This document shows positions 1 to 7,538 of a DNA stretch of 64,000 bases, piece after piece. The notes under the pieces were generated by a model that ran no database searches, was not told where the DNA came from, and saw only the letters and a program-made list of their open reading frames with translations. This stretch comes from an uncultured Bacilli bacterium. Lineage in GTDB: Bacteria; Bacillota_I; Bacilli_A; RFN20; CAG-449. Where the stretch lies: assembly GCA_947595215.1 (NCBI GenBank), contig CANQEO010000004.1:5493-69492 (forward strand). The letters are read 5' to 3'. Position 1 is the stretch's first letter, and every line of letters starts with the position of its first letter. The translations under genes and the position numbers were made by a program.

Positions 1-389
1 TGTGCATCATTGAAATAAGCAGGAACGGTAATAACAGCTTTTTCAATCTTCTCACCGAGATTTTCTTCGGCATAACGTTTCATGTACGCTAAGATTTTTG
101 CTGAGATTTCTTGTGGTGTAAAATCTTTATTTAAACAGTTAATATGAATTTTTTGAGAAGTACCCATCAATCTTTTAATAGATGCAACTGTATCTGGGTT
201 AGTTAATAATTGACGTTTAGCTGCATGTCCGACGATTTCTTCACCATCAGCTTTAAAAGCGACGACAGATGGAGTGGTATTTGGTCCTTCCGGATTTGGA
301 ATAACCTTCCATTTTCCATCGTTTTGTAAATAACTGACCACTGAGTTGGTGGTACCTAAGTCAATACCTAAAATAATTTCTTTTGCCAT
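1..389 (-). CDS. dnaK: Chaperone DnaK (Hsp70), first ~129 codons; the gene runs off the left edge
   Basis: Reverse translation from the ATG at 389-387 gives [18 protein letters not shown]..., the canonical Hsp70 N-terminus. It lies directly downstream of hrcA-grpE, as in the Firmicute heat-shock operon. Confidence 0.93.
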   Translation of the reverse strand, partial: MAKEIILGIDLGTTNSVVSYLQNDGKWKVIPNPEGPNTTPSVVAFKADGEEIVGHAAKRQLLTNPDTVASIKRLMGTSQKIHINCLNKDFTPQEISAKILAYMKRYAEENLGEKIEKAVITVPAYFNDA

Positions 390-412
390 AAATTTATGTC
401 TCCTTTTTAAAT

Positions 413-1048
413 TTAGTTTATCGTCTTTTGCTCTTCTTCTTGAGTTTCCAGACTATCGGTCTCTTCTTTTTTCAGCTTAGAAACCGCGACCATCGCTGGT
501 CTAATAAGGCGATCTTTGAGGAAATATCCTTTTGAGAATACTTGTAACACCTTATTTTCAGTATCGCTTTCGCGAACTTCAATCGCTTGCATCGAATCGG
601 CAGAAAAGTCACTTCCAATTTCAGGAGCGATTTCTTTAACTCCTTCACTTTCTAAGACATTAACGATTTGTCGATAAATCATCTCAAAACCTTTAAAATA
701 ATTTTCTAAAGCTGGATCATTAGGTTTTACCATTAAAGCCATATGGAAGGAATCGAAGACTGGAAGCAATGATTCAATAAAGCCACTTGCGCGATATTTC
801 AGCATCATTTGATGATCTTTTTCGTAAGATTTACGAAGATTATCACAATCGGCATATGCTTGATAGAATTTTGTTTTCCAATCATTTACTTCTTGTTCTA
901 ACTTAACGATTTGTTCTTGAATTTTCTTTTCTTTACGAGATTTTTTTTCTTTTGTATTTACTTCTTCGGTTTCACTTGATGTTTCAGCATTTTCGTCATT
1001 GTTTTTATTTTCTTCCATCATCATCATCCTTTCTAGCAAAGAATTCAT
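413..1048 (-). CDS. grpE: Nucleotide exchange factor GrpE
   Basis: Acidic and coiled-coil N-terminus, with a GrpE-like C-terminal region ([16 protein letters not shown]). Positioned between hrcA and dnaK. The start is uncertain: four consecutive ATGs at 1027-1016 follow an AAAGGA Shine-Dalgarno, so the real start is probably one of these rather than 1048. Confidence 0.9.
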   Translation of the reverse strand: MNSLLERMMMMEENKNNDENAETSSETEEVNTKEKKSRKEKKIQEQIVKLEQEVNDWKTKFYQAYADCDNLRKSYEKDHQMMLKYRASGFIESLLPVFDSFHMALMVKPNDPALENYFKGFEMIYRQIVNVLESEGVKEIAPEIGSDFSADSMQAIEVRESDTENKVLQVFSKGYFLKDRLIRPAMVAVSKLKKEETDSLETQEEEQKTIN

Positions 1049-2039
1049 TTAATTGTTTTTGAATGTATTCAAGGGCATTCATTACTTTTTGATAGTCCAT
1101 TCTAGTCGGTCCTACTAAGGCGATACGTCCTTCGTGATCATCACCGATTTTAATTTTAGTAGTTACTAACGAAACATCATCGAATCCATTTCCATCTTCG
1201 TCTTTGCCGATGAAGACGTCGATATCATCATTTGAATGAAGATATTCAGCGACTGATTTAGGATTTTCTATCAATCCGATTAATCTTTTTAACTTATCAA
1301 TATCAGAATTGAATTCGGGCTGTTCAAGCAAATTTTTAGTTCCGAACAGACTGATACGATCAGTAGCAAATTTCAAGAAAATTTCAGCAAATGCGCGATA
1401 TAATATATCATTATTTTTTAAATGTTGAGTAATAATTTCGCGTGATGCTTCCATCTTTTCGATTAATCCCGATATCGGAGTTCCCCTCATTCTTTCTTGA
1501 ATTACTTTGACACAGTTTTCGATATCTTTTATATCAACCTGTTCAGGAATAATAAAAGTCTTATTTTCGACGTAACCTTTATCAGTAATAAATACTGCGG
1601 TCACCGAATTTTCCGAAAGCGGAATCACTTGTACCGAAAGGAGATGTTCTTCTTCAGCACTAGGTCCTAAAACAATTGAGGCTAAGTTAGTCATGTGCGA
1701 GAGAATTTCACAACTTTCTTTAATGACATCATCAATCGATTTTGATTTTTCATTTAAGATAATAGCGAGCTGATTTTTGATTTCTTCATCGACATCACGT
1801 TGACGTAAATAGTCGATATAGTAACGATAACCTTTCGCAGAAGGTACTCTTCCTGATGAAGTATGAGTCTTTTCAATTAACCCATCATTTTCTAAATTCA
1901 TCATTTCGTTACGGATCGTCGCCGATGAATAAGGAAGATCGTATTGCTCTATAAGCGTGTTGCTACCTACCGGAGCCGCCGTTTTGATAAAGTATTCGAC
2001 GATATATTTTAGGATTAGATCACGCCTTGGTAATGCCAT
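1005..2039 (-). CDS. hrcA: Heat-inducible transcription repressor HrcA
   Basis: 344 aa with an N-terminal wHTH (ILKYIVEYFIKTAAPVGSNTL). First gene of the hrcA-grpE-dnaK operon, with CIRCE immediately upstream. Confidence 0.93.
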   Translation of the reverse strand: MALPRRDLILKYIVEYFIKTAAPVGSNTLIEQYDLPYSSATIRNEMMNLENDGLIEKTHTSSGRVPSAKGYRYYIDYLRQRDVDEEIKNQLAIILNEKSKSIDDVIKESCEILSHMTNLASIVLGPSAEEEHLLSVQVIPLSENSVTAVFITDKGYVENKTFIIPEQVDIKDIENCVKVIQERMRGTPISGLIEKMEASREIITQHLKNNDILYRAFAEIFLKFATDRISLFGTKNLLEQPEFNSDIDKLKRLIGLIENPKSVAEYLHSNDDIDVFIGKDEDGNGFDDVSLVTTKIKIGDDHEGRIALVGPTRMDYQKVMNALEYIQKQLNEFFARKDDDDGRK

Positions 2040-2054
2040 CGTTAACTCACCTCT

Positions 2055-2081
2055 TTAGCACTATTAATATTCAAGTGCTAA
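2055..2081 (-). promoter_or_regulatory. CIRCE operator (HrcA binding site) in the hrcA leader
   Basis: TTAGCACTA-N9-AAGTGCTAA, against the consensus TTAGCACTC-N9-GAGTGCTAA. Located between the -10 box and the hrcA start codon. Confidence 0.85.
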
Positions 2082-2085
2082 GTCT

Positions 2086-2113
2086 ATTATACCCACTTTT
2101 TTAGCAGTGTCAA
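2086..2113 (-). promoter_or_regulatory. SigA-type promoter of hrcA-grpE-dnaK
   Basis: On the minus strand: TTGACA (2113-2108), 16 nt spacer, TATAAT (2091-2086). Confidence 0.7.
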
Positions 2114-2127
2114 CACTTTATTGCTAA
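2101..2127 (-). promoter_or_regulatory. Second, degenerate CIRCE-like inverted repeat overlapping the -35 box
   Basis: TTAGCAGTG-N9-TATTGCTAA. The outer TTAGCA/TGCTAA arms are retained. It sits at the same position as the better second CIRCE upstream of clpB. Confidence 0.5.
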
Positions 2128-2144
2128 TTTTTTATTAACTCGCT

Positions 2145-2380
2145 AAATTTAATCATCTTTCTCACTTTTAAATCAATCTATTTTCGCTTATTTTCATAAA
2201 TATCCCTATGTCTAAATAACAAATATAGTTAAGACATAGTTTTTTTTCGGAAGGATTTATTTTATCATTATTATTAGTTTATTTAATAAATAGAAATAGA
2301 AAAAAGATTACTCTAAGTAAGAGTAATCCATAGCCAATATTAATATATTAATTTGAGCAAGTAATGAGTAAAGTGCAAGG
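2145..2380. repeat. Copy 1 of a 236-bp perfectly duplicated non-coding module (partner at 36864..37099)
   Basis: Base-by-base comparison of the two stretches shows no mismatch at a constant offset of 34719. Both lie in the same orientation upstream of a CIRCE promoter. Confidence 0.9.
2299..2328 (-). terminator. Rho-independent terminator after the RDD/hemW transcription unit (inside repeat copy 1)
   Basis: On the minus strand: GATTACTCT-TACTT-AGAGTAATC followed by TTTTTT. Confidence 0.7.
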
Positions 2381-2400
2381 GCAACCCTTCTTTAATTAAA

Positions 2401-2820
2401 TTAGTTCACTCCTTTATTATTAATAGAAACTATTTTGCTATTAGTAAGTTGATCAAATATGCTGATTTCGGTATGCTGAACAATCATATATATCGCATTT
2501 AAGACCACCATCATTGGAATTGAAAGAAGAACCGCTCGAATTGCGCTATCCCTAAAGGTCATTCTTTTTCCATCGAAGCGTAAAACACGACTACGAACGA
2601 TAAATTGACCAATGCTAATTCCGTTAAATGTCCATAAGAAGAAAGTATTGAAAATTGCGTAGATGACAATTTCAAAAATCATCAACCATAAAGGCAAAGT
2701 TAAAAAATCCATATTCACTCTTTGTGATAATAAAAAGTAGATAATGGTACCAAATCCTAAAGCAATTACAGCATCGATAATAAAAGATATAACTCTCCGC
2801 TCAAAACCGACAATATCCAT
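2401..2820 (-). CDS. RDD-family small integral membrane protein
   Basis: 139 aa with three hydrophobic helices and an RDD-like layout (RRVISFIIDA..., ...RFDGKRMTFRDSAIR). Confidence 0.55.
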   Translation of the reverse strand: MDIVGFERRVISFIIDAVIALGFGTIIYFLLSQRVNMDFLTLPLWLMIFEIVIYAIFNTFFLWTFNGISIGQFIVRSRVLRFDGKRMTFRDSAIRAVLLSIPMMVVLNAIYMIVQHTEISIFDQLTNSKIVSINNKGVN

Positions 2821-2831
2821 GATAAATGCTC

Positions 2832-3920
2832 CTAAAATAAAATTCTTCTAAGAATGTAATCGAGAATAAACAAATGATTCCTCGACACTCTTAAATTACT
2901 ATTATCATACTCTATTAAACCTTCTTTTTGAAGTGGTTTAATTTTTTCTTGGTATTTAGAAATAAAATCGATATGATATTTTTCATTAAATTTCTTTAAA
3001 TTGAGTCCCTCTTCTAAACGTAGAGTAAGCATAATTTCATAAAATATCTCATCATCAATGTTTAATGCTTCAGATTCTAAAATGTATTTACCATTTAAAT
3101 AATCATTTAAGCTTCGAGTATTAGTGTATCTAATTTTTCCGATATAACCAGAAGCACCTAGTCCTATTCCGTAATATTCTTCATTGTGCCAATAGATTAA
3201 ATTGTGCTTACTTTGATATGAATTACGGGCAAAATTTGATACTTCGTAGCGACGATATCCATTTTTCTCTAAATAAGAAACGATATAATCATAATATCTT
3301 CGTGCTTCTTCATCGCTTGGTTCTTCTACTTTTTCCAGATAGAATCGAGTATGGGGATGTACCCCTAATAAATAAGTAGAAATATGAGTAAGGTCTAAAG
3401 ATATCATTTTTTTTAAATCTTCTTTAAGAACCTCAAAATTTTGTTTTGGAAGTCCATATATCAAATCGCCATTGATATCATATATTCCGTATTTTCTTAA
3501 TAGATTTATTATTTTTATAACATCTTCTTCATGATGATGACGATTAGAAAGAACTAGAACCTCTTTAGAAAAACTTTGAATTCCCAAAGATACTCGATTG
3601 ACGTGATGTCGCGCCATTAAGGATATTTTTTCTTCCGTAAGATTTTCAATGTTACATTCAATAGTAAAAGATAAGCCATGATATAAATAAGGTTCTACGA
3701 TCTCAAATAATTTTTTTAATTGATTTAAAGATAGCGCTGAAGGAGTTCCGCCACCGATATATAACGAGGTGATATCTTTGACTCGATAGCTTTCTAATTC
3801 TCGTTTTAAAGCCTCTAGGTATCGTTCGACATAATTGGGTTCATAAAGAATCTTTGCGTAATCACAATATGCGCATAAGCTACTACAAAACGGAATATGA
3901 ATATAAAGTCCCCGACTCAT
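2832..3920 (-). CDS. hemW: Radical SAM heme chaperone HemW (HemN-like, oxygen-independent coproporphyrinogen oxidase family)
   Basis: N-terminal YIHIPFCSSLCAYCDY contains the CxxxCxxC radical SAM motif, followed by GGGTPS. Its position next to lepA matches other Firmicutes. Confidence 0.85.
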   Translation of the reverse strand: MSRGLYIHIPFCSSLCAYCDYAKILYEPNYVERYLEALKRELESYRVKDITSLYIGGGTPSALSLNQLKKLFEIVEPYLYHGLSFTIECNIENLTEEKISLMARHHVNRVSLGIQSFSKEVLVLSNRHHHEEDVIKIINLLRKYGIYDINGDLIYGLPKQNFEVLKEDLKKMISLDLTHISTYLLGVHPHTRFYLEKVEEPSDEEARRYYDYIVSYLEKNGYRRYEVSNFARNSYQSKHNLIYWHNEEYYGIGLGASGYIGKIRYTNTRSLNDYLNGKYILESEALNIDDEIFYEIMLTLRLEEGLNLKKFNEKYHIDFISKYQEKIKPLQKEGLIEYDNSNLRVSRNHLFILDYILRRILF

Positions 3921-3924
3921 TAAA

Positions 3925-4128
3925 TCAGTCTTCTTCAGGATTTTCTTCTTCTAGTTCTTCTTGTTGAGATTCGCTAGGAGTGACAATGAGTCTTTCGATA
4001 TTGTCACGAGAAATCTTATCAGGATCTTCAACTTCATTGTCAGTAAGACCTGGAATATAACGGCGTAATAACCAAACGACTAAAGCGATTAAAGCCGCGA
4101 CTCCTAAAAAACCTAAAATCCACCACAT
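3925..4128 (-). CDS. Small single-pass membrane protein with an acidic tail
   Basis: 67 aa: one N-terminal TM helix (WWILGFLGVAALIALVVWLL) and an E/D-rich C-terminus. Tightly packed between the flanking genes. Confidence 0.5.
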   Translation of the reverse strand: MWWILGFLGVAALIALVVWLLRRYIPGLTDNEVEDPDKISRDNIERLIVTPSESQQEELEEENPEED

Positions 4129-4145
4129 AATCTTTACATCCTTTC

Positions 4146-5549
4146 TTATCGTTGTACGACTGGCGTATAAACGAATTTATTACGAACTTTCTCTTTTTTA
4201 TAAAAACCTAAAGTGGCTAAATTATCCATTGAGGTTCTGGCTGTTTCATAAGCAACTTTAGTTTCTTGTTTATATTGCCCGATTGTATAGTAATTACCTA
4301 CAGTACAATGTCTTGCATAGAAAAAAGCTTGTCCTCTTTTTAACGATGGATAACTTTCTATTAAATGCTCCGCTAAAATGACAGCATCTTTTTCATCTAA
4401 ACCAGTACGAAGCTTCGGTATTGCCACTTGACGCTCAAACATATCTTTGAATTCATCATCTTCTGGGCGTTCTGCTTTTTCTGCTTTTTCTATCTCATCA
4501 CTTTCGATATTTTTAGTCTCTTCATGATAATGAGGAGTTTCAAAGCGGAAGTTTTCTTCTTGGACTTGTTCGCGATCAGCATTTACGAAAGCGTCGTTAA
4601 ATTTAGCAATTCCAGCTTCTACTTCATCTAATGAATAAAGCAAAATGTAAGTTAAATCTAATCCTTTTTCAGTTTCATCAACCATATGCTTACCATGTTC
4701 ATCATTCATGACACCAATTAATGATTCAACATCAAGAAGCACGGCTATCTGATCTAAATCACTATGAGCTAAGATATATTTAAATGAGAGTAACGCGACA
4801 AACTCATTGAAATATTCAAATGGTTTAATATACATGATGTAATAAAAGACTGCGCTAGCTCTAATCAAACTAAAAACCGATTCATCATTAGCAAAATTAA
4901 ACATCTCATTTAACATCGGTTCAATGCGATCAAGCGGCGCTCCTTCATAATGTCTCTTCACTAAAACATGATCGAGCCGTTCATTTAAATCAGTTGTTCT
5001 TAAGTAATCCTCTTTCTTTTCTACGTTGTGTTCAATTCCACATAATGAAGAATAAATATTTACTAAAACTGATAAATTAAATGGAGAACTAAAACGATTT
5101 TCCATTCTTTTTAAGGTATCACTATAATGAGTGATTACAAGATACTCATTAGGTAACGAGTTAATCTCTCCATCAATAATCTTAAGTAAAGTGTCATCAT
5201 TAACGTGAAGTCCATAATATTTTACAAAATCAATAAGACAATCTTTAAGTCTATCTTTTCTAAAATTTTGATGAATCTCTCGCAAATTTTCTAATCTAGA
5301 ATAAGCGATTAAAATCTTATTTAATTTCTTTTCTAAAGAGACAATTTTAGAAGAGATACTTTGTACGGTTGATACAGAAAAAGGAAGCCGTTCAATATTA
5401 CGAAGTGATAATTCTAATTGATGTCTTCTACGATATTCTTTAATTCGCTCCCACAATAAATCGATGGAACTAATCTTTAGTACTTCTTTTACGTAAGATT
5501 TAGTCGCATATTCTTTGTCGGTAAAACGTACTTCTAAGTCTTGTGCCAT
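4146..5549 (-). CDS. Fic-fold-like protein with a degenerate active-site motif and a C-terminal wHTH-like region (function unknown)
   Basis: GAGGTG Shine-Dalgarno before the ATG. The segment IRASAVFYYIMYIKPFEYFNEFVALLSFKYIL aligns to the Fic core (H..F..IHPFxDGNGRxxR), but the His, Asp, Gly and Arg positions are replaced. Confidence 0.4.
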   Translation of the reverse strand: MAQDLEVRFTDKEYATKSYVKEVLKISSIDLLWERIKEYRRRHQLELSLRNIERLPFSVSTVQSISSKIVSLEKKLNKILIAYSRLENLREIHQNFRKDRLKDCLIDFVKYYGLHVNDDTLLKIIDGEINSLPNEYLVITHYSDTLKRMENRFSSPFNLSVLVNIYSSLCGIEHNVEKKEDYLRTTDLNERLDHVLVKRHYEGAPLDRIEPMLNEMFNFANDESVFSLIRASAVFYYIMYIKPFEYFNEFVALLSFKYILAHSDLDQIAVLLDVESLIGVMNDEHGKHMVDETEKGLDLTYILLYSLDEVEAGIAKFNDAFVNADREQVQEENFRFETPHYHEETKNIESDEIEKAEKAERPEDDEFKDMFERQVAIPKLRTGLDEKDAVILAEHLIESYPSLKRGQAFFYARHCTVGNYYTIGQYKQETKVAYETARTSMDNLATLGFYKKEKVRNKFVYTPVVQR

Positions 5550-5652
5550 TCGATCACCTCATATGCTTATTTTACTTACTTTTGATATATAAGTCCATAC
5601 TAAAACTAATTAATTACTAGTTTTCTACTAACAAATTTTGACCAAAAACCTT

Positions 5653-5683
5653 AAAAAAAGACGAATTTTTTCACTCTTCGTCT
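5653..5683 (-). terminator. Rho-independent terminator overlapping the lepA stop codon
   Basis: On the minus strand: AGACGAA-N11-TTCGTCT followed by a T run. Confidence 0.6.
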
Positions 5684-7482
5684 TCAACTGACAAGATTGC
5701 CATGAATGCTTCTTGAGGTACTTCGACAGTACCGATCGACTTCATTCTCTTCTTACCTTCTTTTTGTTTTTCTAATAGTTTTTTCTTACGAGAGATATCG
5801 CCACCATAACATTTTGCTAAAACATCTTTACGCATCGCTTTGATGTCACTTCTGGCGATAACTTTATTGGAAATAGCTGCTTGAACCGGCACTTCAAATT
5901 GTTGCCTTGGAATTATATTTTTTAGTTTTTCCACTAACACTCTACCACGTTGATAAGCAAAATCGCGATAAACAATACTTGATAAAGCATCGATGACATT
6001 TCCATTTAACATGATATCTAATTTTACTAAACGGCTTGTTTTATATTCAGATAATCGATAGTCAAAAGAAGCGTAACCCTTGGTGTATGATTTTAATTTA
6101 TCGAAGAAATTGTAGATGATTTCGCTTAATGGTAATTGATATGTAAGAACTACTCTCGTTGAATCCAGATATTCCATATCGATATAAAGACCACGTTTTT
6201 CTTGGGCTAATTTCATAATCGGACCGATATAATCTTTAGGAGTCATTATCTTAGCTTCGACAAATGGTTCTTGAATCTCTTTAATTAATGACAAATCTGG
6301 AAGTTTTGAAGGATTATCTAAATTAATCATACTTCCATCATTTAAATATACGTGATAAATAACGCTAGGCGCGGTCAAAATCAAATCGATTCCGTATTCT
6401 CTTTCGAGGCGTTCTTCAATAACATCCATATGTAACAATCCCAAAAAACCACATCTAAAACCAAATCCTAATGCTGAAGATGTCTCAGGTTCAAAATGTA
6501 AAGAAGCATCGTTTAATGATAATTTCATTAAAGCTTCTTTTAAATCTTGATATTTGTTAGAATCACATGGATAAAGACCGCAATAAACCATCGGATTCAT
6601 CTTGCGATAACCGGCGAGCGGTGTCGAGGCTTTTCTTTTCACACAAGTGATTGTATCACCGGGACGCACTTTATCAATCTCTTTAATTTGTGCGGCTACA
6701 TATCCGACTTCACCGACTTCTAAGCGATCAACTTTAACATCTTTAGGCGTTCTTATACCTAATTCGGTGACTAGATATTCTTCGCCATTGGCCATGAAAA
6801 CAATAGTATCGCCAACTTCCAAAAATCCCTCTTTAATAACGATTTGAGCGACAACGCCACGATATGAATCATAGAAAGAATCAAAAATTAGCGCTTGAAG
6901 TGGATTTTCTTTTTTACCTTTAGGGCATGGCACATATTCGACAATCGCTTCTAAGACGTTTTCAACTTGATATCCGGTTTTTGCTGATACTTGTAGGCGT
7001 TCATCAAAGGGAAGACCAATATTATCCTCAATTTCATGCTTCGTGCGCTCGACATCTGCGCTTGGTAGATCAACTTTATTGATAATAGGAATTACTTCTA
7101 AATCATTTTCGATAGCAAGATAAACGTTAGCTAGTGTTTGAGCTTCGACTCCTTGAGTAGCATCTACCACTAATAAAGCACCTTCACAAGCTGCCAATGA
7201 ACGGCTTACTTCATAGGTGAAATCGACATGGCCTGGAGTATCAATCAAATTAAAAAGATAGTCTTCATTATTTTTAGCATGATAATTAAGACTTACCGCG
7301 TTTAATTTGATGGTGATACCACGTTCTCTTTCTAGATCCATCGAATCTAAAAGTTGCTCTTTCATCTCTCTTTTAGAAACTGTTCCGGTCAATTCTAAAA
7401 GACGATCGGCCAAAGTTGATTTACCATGGTCAATATGAGCGATGATAGAAAAGTTTCTAATGTGTTTTAAATCGTATTCCAC
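5671..7482 (-). CDS. lepA: Translation elongation factor 4 (LepA)
   Basis: [18 protein letters not shown] (G1 motif), DTPGHVDF, and a LepA-specific C-terminal region. The ORF track starts at the ATG at 7515. However, GGAGG (7494-7490) followed 6 nt later by GTG at 7482 gives the usual short N-terminus ([16 protein letters not shown]), so the GTG start is preferred. Confidence 0.93.
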   Translation of the reverse strand: MEYDLKHIRNFSIIAHIDHGKSTLADRLLELTGTVSKREMKEQLLDSMDLERERGITIKLNAVSLNYHAKNNEDYLFNLIDTPGHVDFTYEVSRSLAACEGALLVVDATQGVEAQTLANVYLAIENDLEVIPIINKVDLPSADVERTKHEIEDNIGLPFDERLQVSAKTGYQVENVLEAIVEYVPCPKGKKENPLQALIFDSFYDSYRGVVAQIVIKEGFLEVGDTIVFMANGEEYLVTELGIRTPKDVKVDRLEVGEVGYVAAQIKEIDKVRPGDTITCVKRKASTPLAGYRKMNPMVYCGLYPCDSNKYQDLKEALMKLSLNDASLHFEPETSSALGFGFRCGFLGLLHMDVIEERLEREYGIDLILTAPSVIYHVYLNDGSMINLDNPSKLPDLSLIKEIQEPFVEAKIMTPKDYIGPIMKLAQEKRGLYIDMEYLDSTRVVLTYQLPLSEIIYNFFDKLKSYTKGYASFDYRLSEYKTSRLVKLDIMLNGNVIDALSSIVYRDFAYQRGRVLVEKLKNIIPRQQFEVPVQAAISNKVIARSDIKAMRKDVLAKCYGGDISRKKKLLEKQKEGKKRMKSIGTVEVPQEAFMAILSVEDEE

Positions 7483-7538
7483 CTTGTAGCCTCCGCTTGT
7501 TATAACATAGCGCATTTATATGCGTGTTTCAAATAAAT

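Noticed and set aside
2145-2380. The 236-bp duplicated module as a MITE or IS remnant
   Set aside because: There are no terminal inverted repeats at the exact ends; only a 6-bp CACTTT/AAAGTG pair lies a little inside. I could identify no target-site duplication and no transposase fragment. The homology also continues, diverged, into the promoter region, which fits segmental duplication or gene conversion better.
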